Positions 52,612-64,000 of a stretch of DNA of 64,000 bases are shown one piece after another. The notes beneath the pieces are model-generated. The model did not search any database. It worked only from the letters and a program-made list of their open reading frames with translations, and was not told the DNA's origin. A program made the position numbers and the translations under genes. The stretch covers positions 42,098,001 through 42,162,000 of the forward strand of contig OX597819.1 of NCBI GenBank assembly GCA_951406725.2, given 5' to 3'. The DNA is from Octopus vulgaris. Lineage: Eukaryota. The number at the start of each line of letters is the position of its first letter. Position 1 is the stretch's first letter.

Positions 52612-52935
52612 AAGGCCTGTGATATGCAGGAGACGACTGGGAGAGCAATGCCTGTCACAGATGGAGGAAGTAGGTTAAGGAGGGGTCAACACTTTTGAGA
52701 GGGCAAGTATTCTGCATGGAGAATTTAAACGTGCTGCTCAGAAGCGCACTGCTGATGTAATGAATGGGAAAGGGTTGGTTTGCAATGATTGCAGTCGTGC
52801 ATGCTTGTCAAGAGCAGGGCTCATTAGCCACCAACGGAGCCGCAAAAGCAAAATACAAGTTAGTCCTAGAGCAACAATGTTCCTGAAGCTCAGCAATGGT
52901 CTTCCTCGGTCACGAGTGGACTGCCATCATCATTA
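52610..52935 (+). mobile_element. Old RTE/BovB-type 3' fragment
   Basis: C2H2-like CNDCSRACLSRAGLISHQR and short (CAT)n tail. Confidence 0.6.
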
Positions 52936-53044
<109 letters not shown>

Positions 53045-53744
53045 CATATAAATTGCTTATCCTTATAATTACTACTCTACCTGATCAAGTTTAAACCTCT
53101 TGAGCACTAAAAAGTGTATTGTATACGGAGAATATTTGGTTATCATCTATGAATTATATATGCATATATACCTATGTATATATTTATATATGATGAGGTA
53201 AGGCTTCAGTGAGTAGAAAAACAGTCGATCAGCTGAGAGAGAAGTGATAATGTTGTAATAAACCCCACAAATCTTGTTAAATACAGCTACCCAATGTTTT
53301 CTGATCGAAATAATAATTAATAATTAATGAGAACATGACTGTTTGTCAGTTGTCTTTTGAGCAGATGACATTTAAACAAAAGACGCTGGTAAGGAAGAAG
53401 ACAAGACGAAAAACACAAGGGAGATAACCAACGTTACAATAATCCGATGTCAAGTGGGTTATTGAGTGTCTTGTGGTCTACTTTTAAATTCCCACAAGAT
53501 GTATTTCTTTAAATACGGACATACAGAAAATATCTCGTTCTTGGAAATAATGCATTCGTTGGACGTTCTCAAGTTCTTTGTTGAAACTGCCAGTTACAAG
53601 TCTGGATCGACAATTATTTGGAAATACTTTTTTATAGATCTCAGTTATAATAATTGACATTTCTGTCCATACACATATACGTAATTTCCATTGTGGCTGA
53701 CACCGTCATGATCACTACGCACACACACACGCACGCACAAACAT

Positions 53745-53810
<66 letters not shown>

Positions 53811-53968
53811 ACACATTTTATACGCACGTTTGTATCTGCTTATACGTTTCTATGTGTACCTGAACATATCTGTATTTATACATACGTACAGACATATGCT
53901 AATACACACACACATACATACAATACACACATACACACATGCATCAATAATAGATACATATATATATT

Positions 53969-54043
<75 letters not shown>

Positions 54044-54337
54044 TAAAACAATAGAAAAATACAGACATATTCTCTTGACTGTATTTTTCTACCAACTGCT
54101 TTACTCTTTATTCTATCAACTATTTTATTTCTTATAAAGTGTGAATTTCCTTGTCTAGGACTTTCACACATTCTCACCTTGTCTCTGATAACGGAATGCC
54201 CAGTGTACGGACATGCTAGCCCATTATTTGAGATGTCCCAGAAACAGCTGTAAGATTTCAAATTCACTTTACCCTAATTAAATATTGTAAATGACTTGAG
54301 ATACTTGTCCTGCCTTGGTTTTTGTTGTCCTTTTTCC

Positions 54338-54381
<44 letters not shown>

Positions 54382-54385
54382 CCTC

Positions 54386-54451
<66 letters not shown>

Positions 54452-54653
54452 ACATGGTTTATTAGAATCTAGTTATATGAACATATAGGGCGCCTAGAAT
54501 GGACGGGTATTTAGTATCGAGGTCACAGCAACCCTTAGTTGTCGTTTGTTGGTAGTAGACTGTAAGTATATACACACACACACACACACATACATACATG
54601 CCTGCATACATGCATACATACATATATATGTATGTATATCTATATATATATAT

Positions 54654-54687
<34 letters not shown>

Positions 54688-54837
54688 CTGGTCTATTTTT
54701 TAGAGAGCTATTCTTTTTCGGCTATATGATCCACTATCTATCTATCTATCTACATATATTTATATATATATTTATTTGTATAGGTCATATGAACTAGACT
54801 TCTGACTGGTAATTTTTCTCTTCCTCTCACTTTCTGG

Positions 54838-54868
<31 letters not shown>

Positions 54869-54950
54869 ACAAAAAACACTCTCATACATACGCACACACG
54901 CGCACATTATTAATGTATTTATAAATATATACATTTATGTTTATATAAGA

Positions 54951-55015
<65 letters not shown>

Positions 55016-55134
55016 GTAGATAAATATTTATGAGTCCCACATACACCCATATACAGAGGCGCATGTATGTGTGTTTGTGGATTAGTATTATTAAATGTGA
55101 AATTCCATGGTTGCAGTGTAGTGAAGAGGGCCGC

Positions 55135-55293
55135 TTAAGACGGCAATTCTGGGTAAGTACGGCTGTGATGAGGCCATTGTTGACCGTTATATATCGATTT
55201 AAGTTCGACCTTCGGTGAGGTGGATTTGTTTCTCGCATTTTCATCTTCTGTTAATGAAAAGTCTTGTCCACGTCCTATCAACTCCCAAAAAGT
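55135..55293 (-). CDS. Probable terminal exon of the SLC6 transporter
   Basis: Acceptor ttcttcttgcag|ACT, phase 0, TFWELIGRGQ...YPELPS*; assigned by phase and position only. Confidence 0.6.
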   Translation of the reverse strand, partial: TFWELIGRGQDFSLTEDENARNKSTSPKVELKSIYNGQQWPHHSRTYPELPS

Positions 55294-55615
55294 CTGCAAG
55301 AAGAACGAAAAATATAATCAGATTATATAATGTGTATATAAAAACACACACACAATCACACACTCACAAACTTTTTATGTGCTTTCGGTGCGAATGGTTT
55401 TGTATTCGGTGCCGGGTTTTACAATCCTGTAAATAACAATAATGATATTCATAATAAACCTAAAGCTTATAGCGATCACCGTGCAATGACTAAGGAAAAT
55501 AGTCTAATAATGGGGCATATAAGCCCTCAACAGAAAAAAAGTAGGCTTTCTTATCCGCATGGTATTTATATAAGCCTAAAGCTTATAGCAATCATCGTGC
55601 AATGACTAAGGAATA

Positions 55616-55683
<68 letters not shown>

Positions 55684-55738
55684 CAATAAGAGGCTTCCAA
55701 ATAGGGAAGCGTTGTGCTAGAACACAAAAAGGGATAAA

Positions 55739-55796
<58 letters not shown>

Positions 55797-55799
55797 TAC

Positions 55800-55861
<62 letters not shown>

Positions 55862-56910
55862 AAGAGATAAGATGAAAAAGCACAGAACAGAAAATTCGAT
55901 CCGAAAGAGATGTACGGTCCACAGACAACAAACTTCCTCCCCACAATATCGCAAAATATACCTCAGACACCACATTGACGAATGTGCAGAACGATTACAA
56001 CCACGATTTTCTCATTTTATCAACTTGCCTTCTGGACCTCAACACAAGTAAGACTGAATAAAGAAGCCTCATTTATCCAAAAATATAAACCAAAATTAGA
56101 TATGAAATCATATGAGAAATAAAGGACTTACCCCATCTAATAGAAGATGTAAGCCCGAATAAAGTAGAGAACAAAAAAAAAAAATCCAAAATAAAAATTA
56201 CAGAATTACCTCCCCTGTACTGCAAAATAAATGAGCGAACAATTATCTCCCCTAGCAATATCTTTTTTTTTCCCTAGCATTTTATCTCTTTCAACTGTCA
56301 GTTTGATGAGCAATGCGAAACCGGTCCTTACTTCAATTATTCTGCAAGAACAAAACCTTATTTTGTACAAGATTGTGTATCTTTATTATTATCATGGCTC
56401 TAATACACTCTTAAATCCTGTAAAACAAATCTTCCGTGTTTTTCCATCTTATCTCTTTCCCTATTTATATCCACCATGTGTGTTTCTCCACTAAAATATT
56501 TTCTGCCTTATGTATCTGTTGAACAAATAACTTCGGAACTTCCTGTTCCTGTTGTAGCTGTATTTCAAAGAGCCAGCCTTGTCACATTTTGTGTCACGCT
56601 GAATCTCCCCGAGAACTACTTTAAGGGTACACTTGTCTGTGGAGTGCTCATCCACTTGCACGCTACTAAATGAGTTGCGACGTCACTATTGCCAAGCTGT
56701 ATCGGCCTTTGCCTTTCCCTTGAATAACATTGGTGGCGTCGAGAGTGGAGGCTGGTATGCATAGGCAACTGCTGGTCTTCCCCGGAGGGTAACTTTCAAG
56801 GTGCAATCCCATGGTCATACATGACCGAGGGGGGGTCACAACACACAACAATGTATTCATATATATATATTTACTTATGTGTATATATGACATAATTAAA
56901 GAAAATATTT

Positions 56911-56972
<62 letters not shown>

Positions 56973-57079
56973 GGAGTAAACACATAAATGTGAAACAAGA
57001 TGGAAAAAACTGTCCGACGAACGGCAACGGGAAACTCAGAGTAATAGGTTTTGTTGAATTTTCTGCTGCTTTAAATAAA

Positions 57080-57126
<47 letters not shown>

Positions 57127-57522
57127 CACATAAAATATTTATATATATATATATATATAGACACACACACACACATACATTAACATATATAAAATATAAT
57201 CCGCAATGGAGGATTACACAGAACTATTAATAAAAAACCCACTCAATAAAATTAAGTTAAAACGGTGTCGTTTGAACCTGGCACTTTCGTCCGTTGTGGT
57301 GTTGTCGAGAGCTAGTTATATTTATTCTTTACACAACATACTCACACACGCACCTACATGCATGCACACACACATACACTCATACATACACACATATACT
57401 CATACACGCATACTCTTACACACGCATACCCACACACACACACATTGACATCCTCCCTCAAACTCATCTAAAAAAGCAAAGAAAAATAACAGATAGATAG
57501 ATGGATAGATGGATAGATAGAC

Positions 57523-57614
<92 letters not shown>

Positions 57615-57761
57615 GGAGGGAGTGAGGGAGTGAGACAGAGAACGCGAGAGAGTGAGTGAGAGCAAGGGATAGTAAAAAATAGAGAAATAGATAGATAGAT
57701 AGCTTGAGAGAGACAGACAGAGAGTGAGAAGGAGTGAGGGCGAGAGTACTGTAAAGGTTAC

Positions 57762-57929
57762 CATTTCGCGTGTCACTGCTGTTGATATGATTTTATAAAT
57801 GATGTAGACAGGGATCCCGATCATCGAGGAACACGACACAGTCCAACCAACTTTTTCGGCCCATTTGGGGAATTGATAATCGCCCAGAGTTATACCCGTG
57901 TAGCTGTAGATTGACAGGCAGAACATCCC
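57762..57929 (-). CDS. SLC6 sodium:neurotransmitter symporter exon (168 bp, TM11-TM12)
   Basis: tttccag|GMFCLSIYSYTGITLGDYQFPKWAEKVGWTVSCSSMIGIPVYIIYKI...EM|gtaacc. Confidence 0.88.
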
Positions 57930-58531
57930 CTGGAAATAGTGAACGACAAACGGATATAAATTAATGAACTTCCCAAAATAAGATAATACATGTGAAACCA
58001 CTTATTCAAGTTCAAATCATTGATGCAATTTTATACCAATTACTATTTTTAGTTTTGTTATGTTACGATTATATTATACTTTAGCTTGATTTTAATTATT
58101 ACTTACTACATATAATTCAATTGTTATTATTATTTTTATTGTTAAAGTGAAAGTATCTGACATAAAATAGAAAAATATTTTTGTTTCACTTTTAACACGT
58201 AATACTGAAATAGTGGAGAAGATATGATATTGCTATGGGCTCGCTCTAGGCAAGAAGTTGAACATTTCTTTTGCCCATGAAACTACATGGATCCTAAGTA
58301 AGGTATGTGTAAAATTTGAATGAAATTGGTTGTGTAGTTCTCAAGTTTTAGGGAATCGTAGTGGAGAAGATATGATATTGCTGTGGGCTCGCCCTAGGAA
58401 AAAAGCTAAATTTTTTTGGCCGATGACACTCCCCGAACCCTAAGTAAGGCATGTGTAAAATTTGAATGAAATTGGTTGTGTAGTTATCAAGTTTTAGGGA
58501 AACACACAGATAGACAGACGCACATTCTCAG

Positions 58532-58624
<93 letters not shown>

Positions 58625-59360
58625 ATACATATATATATATATATATTACAGGTTAGAGACAGGTGTTCTGTATATAGAATACACTTCGAAGTGCTCAAGA
58701 AATTTTAACTTGAGCCGGTAGATGGGTAAATGTAATGAGAAGCAAGTTGGGGAAGTTGATTTACACAGAATATTAGACACATTTAATAGAAAAACATGTA
58801 CATGTGTATGGATATAAAGTGGTCCGACTTACAGAATATTAATGATATAAGGAGTTAAATATGTAGTATTTTACAAGTGCAACAGCTGTTTCTGGGGTCT
58901 TGGTGGGCCAGAAGAATGATAGTTACTTGGACTTATTAACGGATAACAACACCTCCGTCTTCAGGGGAGAATTTTACATTCGAATTGTTGATAGGATGGA
59001 GCTTAGAGATGTAATCTTTAAACCATTTAGCTCCTGATTTCATTTAAATTCTTTAAGTCGAATCATTTTATATCCATGCACGTGTACATTTTTTTTAATG
59101 TGTTTAATATTTTGCGTAAATCAACTTGCTTCTCATTACATTTACTCATATATATATATTATATATATAATCACTTTCTCCAATTTCTGAATATCTGTAT
59201 TTGTTTCCTGATAAACTTTAGTTTATCCTGTTGTTACCAACAATCTACGTGCATAGTGTGCCTGCAAGTCTGCATACTAATGCACAGAGATAATACGGGT
59301 AACAGATACCGATAGTATATATGGATATTTTATCCCTTAGTCGGTTATTATAACTGCTTA

Positions 59361-59466
<106 letters not shown>

Positions 59467-59519
59467 GTGTAGGTGATAGAGTATATTAATCAAAATAAAA
59501 ACATGATGCCAAGGATTCA

Positions 59520-59598
59520 GCGGTACATATGTTTCGGGCCTTTATTAGACGGTTTTTTTAACAATGCATAATGTGTGTCTATGGCCTTCTTCAGCCGC
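59520..59598 (-). ncRNA. Minimal type I hammerhead ribozyme motif
   Basis: GCGG-CTGAAGA-AGGCC...GGCCC-GAAA-CATATG-TA-CCGC on - strand. Confidence 0.65.
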
Positions 59599-60215
59599 GT
59601 ACAATTACTACTTCAAGGACATGTATTACATTATAAGTTTTACGTTGGGGATGCAAATCCTCATAGTCGCGTACGACAGAGTGGGGCACCAACACAAACA
59701 CGAAGCGTCCATCCCGTCTTTCACTCGATGTAGAATGAGGAAGTGTGGATGTTGAGATAGAGAGGGAAGATGTTGGGGGGTTGAATCTTTAGTGAGTTAG
59801 GGATCACAAAGAGGGAGGGTGCTAAAGGTAGTAAAAGAGTAAAAAATTACAAAAGAGTAAAAATTGAAAAAATATATAAAAAAGATATAAGAATATAAAA
59901 AAAGGTATCTTTTTTATATCTTTTTTATATATTTAAAAAATTTTTACTCTTTTGTAATTTTTTACTCTTTTACTACCTTTTGCACCCACCACACCCTCCC
60001 TCTTTGTGATCCCTAACTCACTAAAGATTCAACCCCCTCAACCCCTTCCCTCTCTATCTCAACATCCAAACTTCCTCATTCTACATCGAGTGAAAGACTG
60101 GATGGACGCTTCGTTTTTGTGTTGGTGCCCCACTCTGTCGTACGCGACTATGAGAGTTTGCATCCCCAACGTAAAACTTATAATGTAATACATGTCCTTG
60201 AAGTAGTAATTGTAC

Positions 60216-60291
60216 GCGGCTGAAGAAGGCCATAGACACATTATGCATTGTTATAAAACCGTCTAATAAAGGCCCGAAACATATGTACCGC
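60216..60291 (+). ncRNA. Minimal type I hammerhead ribozyme motif
   Basis: GCGG-CTGAAGA-AGGCC...GGCCC-GAAA-CATATG-TA-CCGC. Confidence 0.65.
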
Positions 60292-60392
60292 CGAATCCTT
60301 GGCATCATGTTTTTATTTTGATTAATATACTCTATCACCTACACCACTAAATGGTATATACAGGTGCTTACAATTATCAAGTATTCACCCTG

Positions 60393-60429
<37 letters not shown>

Positions 60430-60493
60430 CATACATATATGCATATACATACATACAAACATACATATATACATATATATACATACATACATT

Positions 60494-60524
<31 letters not shown>

Positions 60525-60525
60525 T

Positions 60526-60674
60526 GAATATAAGAGAGTGTCCACTATGTGGTCGACTCCTGTGCTAAAAATAGATCCGCTATGGTCTCAACCACCAATT
60601 CTTGGAGTTTGAGACCATAGCGGATCTATTTTTAGCGCAAGAGTCGACCACATAGTGGACACTCTCTTGTATTC
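60526..60674. repeat. Near-perfect hairpin with ~65-bp arms
   Basis: AAGAGAGTGTCCACTATGTGGTCGACTC...GAGTCGACCACATAGTGGACACTCTCTT. Confidence 0.9.
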
Positions 60675-60772
60675 GTGTATTAATTTTTACTGTATCCCTG
60701 GTTTTTATGCGCTAAACCACTTGGTGTTAAATTGATGTTATTATTAAATTAATATCCAATTTTTTTCACCCT

Positions 60773-60857
<85 letters not shown>

Positions 60858-60975
60858 CTGGTTAAGGTTTCTTTTAATCGGTCTTTTGGTGGACTCTACA
60901 TGTCACCAGATCGTATAGAGAAGAAATATTCAACATGTATGTATGTGTATGTATATATATGTAGGTAGGTATATA

Positions 60976-61028
<53 letters not shown>

Positions 61029-61427
61029 TTGTATTTTCTGTTTTAATTATTTGAAGTCTTCCTCTGAGGAAGGAACTGGTTTCTAACAAATGTACAAGTT
61101 TCCGTCGTTAGAATATAGATTACAATGTCACGTCTTAAACTTGATAAAAGTCTTGCATATTTTAACTGTTCCTCTTACAAATTGCATTTGTAATATGTAT
61201 GCTGGTATACATATGTTTTCTTTTTCTGAAAAATCTATCATCCTCACGTCGTAATTTAAGAATATGCTCAGTTAAGCAGATTGATAAATTAATTTAAAAT
61301 TTGATTTCTGATGTTAAATTCAATAATTCGTTCACTGTTTTAGAAGCTTTTGTTTTTAAATGTTCCTCATTGTTGTCGTTTGTTGATTAATTTGAAAGTG
61401 GACAAAGAAACAGTTTTAGAGACTGAC

Positions 61428-61528
61428 CAGTATAATGCAGGGACAAACCGCTGCCCAACAGAATTTCCAGTAGAGGGATGGTTGACGACCAATCATCTTT
61501 TCAACATCGTTCGAGAACCGCTTCACAC
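61428..61528 (-). CDS. SLC6 transporter exon (101 bp)
   Basis: ttacag|(G)VKRFSNDVEKMIGRQPSLYWKFCWAAVCPCIIL|gtcagt, the conserved SLC6 G..RF..D...MIG..P..YW..CW...P motif. Confidence 0.92.
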
Positions 61529-62118
61529 CTGTAACAATGTCAACAAGGAAGATGATGATGATGATGATCATGATGATAATGACAGCGATGTTGTTGTTGT
61601 TGTTAGCAGTGGTGGTAGTGTTTGTAATAATGATGTTGACGACGATGATGCTGATGATGATGTTAGTGTTGGCATATGTGTGCGTATATGAACGAGTGTG
61701 TGTGTGAAGTAGAAAGGCAGATAAACTCGAGTAGGCTTATGCTTATATTTATGTGGAAAGAAGCAATAAAGTAAAAGTCATATCTTAACAGCCGTTTCGG
61801 GAGCACCATGAGACATTCAGTTTAGTGGTGTTTATCTGCCTTTCTATTTTCATATAAGCTCGACGAGGATCATTCCTAGAGCTAACGCTTGACGCCAGAG
61901 GCATCAGACCTCGATGAAGTAGTAACATTTTAAGTTGTCATCTTTCTGAGTACTATGTCGTTATCTATACCATACTTTCTTCGCGTTTTCTCACACATTG
62001 TATATATATATAGCGTAGTATTTATTACGGTTGCTATTTTCCAGTAAATATCGGTACTTCGTTGTACCATTTATTTCAGAGACTGACCAGTATAATGCAG
62101 GGACAAACCACTGTCCAA

Positions 62119-63331
62119 CAAAATAATGGAAACAGCTAGCATTATAGAATCATAATTTTGCGGTATCTCTAAAACCGTCAAAAGCTTGTTTATTTATTAT
62201 TTATTTTTTTTGGTTTATTATTAGTGTTGCTTAATATGTTTTGCTAAAATTGCTGTTTCTTTTCAGATATCATCAAAAAGAGGTAATTAAAATTCATTAA
62301 AATGACAGATCTATTTGACTTTCAAAGAGGTCAAATTGCTGGTGCTCGTATGACAGACGCTAGCGTAACGAAAACAGCTGAAATGTTTGGCGAATCAAGA
62401 AGTACTGTCTCGAAAGTAATGACAGCCTTTGAGAAAGACCTTCTCGTCGAAACAAAACTCCGGAAGAAAACCAAAACTTTCAGATAGGGACCGTCGGACT
62501 CTTACGTGAATTGTTAGAAAGGATCACAAAAATACAGCTCCCAAAATTACAAGAGAGCTTAATGACCACCTCGAGAACCCAGTTTCCACAAAAACTGTTC
62601 GTTGGGAGTTGCACAAAGCCGGATTTCACGCGAGGGCTGCTATAAGAAAACCACTACTTTCAAAATCAAAAGTTGCAAAGCGTTTAGAGTGGAGTAAAAA
62701 CCTACAGAATTGGTCCCTAGAGCAGTGGAAGAATATTTTCTTGGACGAGTCATCCTTTACCGTATTTCCGACTACTGGCCGAGTATACGTAGGGAGACAG
62801 CCAAAAGAAGCATTTGATCCAGACTACCTTCTTCCAACTGTTAAACATGGAGGAGGATCTGTAATGATCTTAGGGACAATATCTTGGAAATCGGCCGGCC
62901 CAATGGTTTCCATTCATGGCAGATTTAATAGTCAAGATTATTTAAGCATTTTATCTAATCAAATTCATCCTATGGTTGCAGAACTGTTTCCGGAGGGAAA
63001 CGCAATCTTTCAGGATGATAATGCACCAATTCACAGAGCTAAAGTTGTAACTGAATAGTACGAGGAACATTCTAGTGAAGTTGAACATCTTATCTGGCCC
63101 ATTTATGGTGCATTTTAGGAGAATAAGTAAGGAGTCGATATCCTCCACCATCATCACTACAAGAACTGGAAACTGTTTTAGCTGAAGAATGAATAAAAGT
63201 TCATTTAGAAACAATTCAAATTTTGTACGTGTCCATACCTCGTAGAATTCAAGGTGTAATTATTGCCAAAGATGTTCCTACCCCATATTGAAATAAACTT
63301 GTTTGAAACTTAAGGTTTTTTGTCCAACCCT

Positions 63332-63335
<4 letters not shown>
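62119..63335 (+). mobile_element. Tc1-family DNA transposon relic (broken transposase ~62302-63280)
   Basis: HTH FQRGQIAGAR...SRSTVSKV; FLDES, TVKHGGGSVM, FQDDNAPIH; frameshifts and stops; right TIR TTTTGTCCAACCC..TG|TA, left TIR truncated. Confidence 0.9.
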
Positions 63336-63427
<92 letters not shown>

Positions 63428-63844
63428 CACACGCACAAACACGCGCACATGTATGTGTGTATTACTTAACCCATATATGCCCATAAAAAATGAAGTCTTA
63501 AAATTTCTCTGTATTTAGATTAAACGTTATGGTAAGCTTTCACAATCTAGAAGAGAAGGACAGAATGCACCAGCGAGCTAAGCACTTCGCCCGGCCTGCT
63601 AACGGTTCTGCCAGCTCGCCGCCTTCCTAAGATGAAGAATAACGATTATCTTTGTATACTTCCATTTTATTTCGATCTGAAGAGGTTTTATTTCTTTTTA
63701 ATTGCAAAGTCTCTTTGATACAGAACTTCACTATGATATCACGAACACTTTGAAATTATATTTCCCATCATAGAAACTACTTCGATTATTATTTTAGCAA
63801 GTTTAAAGTGATTTCTTGGGTGCTGTAAACTATTTATCATTTCT

Positions 63845-64000
63845 GTGATGCTCCACCCCTCCCTTGACGCCGCACCCCTCCCTTGATGCTCCACCCCTCC
63901 TTTGATGCCCCACCCCTCCATTGACACCCCACCCCTCCGTTGATGCACCACCCCTCCATTGATGCCCCACCCCTCCCTTGATGCCCCGCCCATTCCTTGA
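63845..64000. repeat. 19-bp C-rich minisatellite
   Basis: TGATGCCCCACCCCTCCCT-type units running to the window end. Confidence 0.9.

Noticed and set aside
61350-61691. Plus-strand Asp-rich ORF
   Set aside because: Antisense to the SLC6 exon plus (GAT)n/(GTT)n repeats.

Overview
AT-rich, repeat-dominated metazoan DNA; the SINE, LINE and microsatellite content resembles an octopus (coleoid cephalopod) genome, which is my inference. Host exons: a C19orf12 homologue (- strand, 2 coding exons), two TIMM50 exons (+ strand, one with an in-frame TGA) and the last three exons of an SLC6 transporter (- strand). Mobile DNA: two Tx1/L1-clade LINEs (one full length with a 15-bp TSD and one frameshift, one in a (CT)n tract), a degraded CR1-type LINE, a young 5'-truncated RTE with a PHD-like finger, a Tc1 relic, Penelope relics, Helitron-like elements, MITEs and tRNA-derived SINEs. 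About 1-14.5 kb and 28.0-36.3 kb are diverged copies of one block, giving filled and empty sites for several insertions. Best leads: an 890-bp intronic palindrome with two minimal hammerhead-ribozyme motifs; G-to-A-type lesions in TIMM50 and possibly C19orf12 that A-to-I editing could reverse; and a 5.2-kb inverted-repeat-bounded segment missing from the sister copy. All calls are by eye with no database search. Most short ORFs in the track are repeat artefacts.
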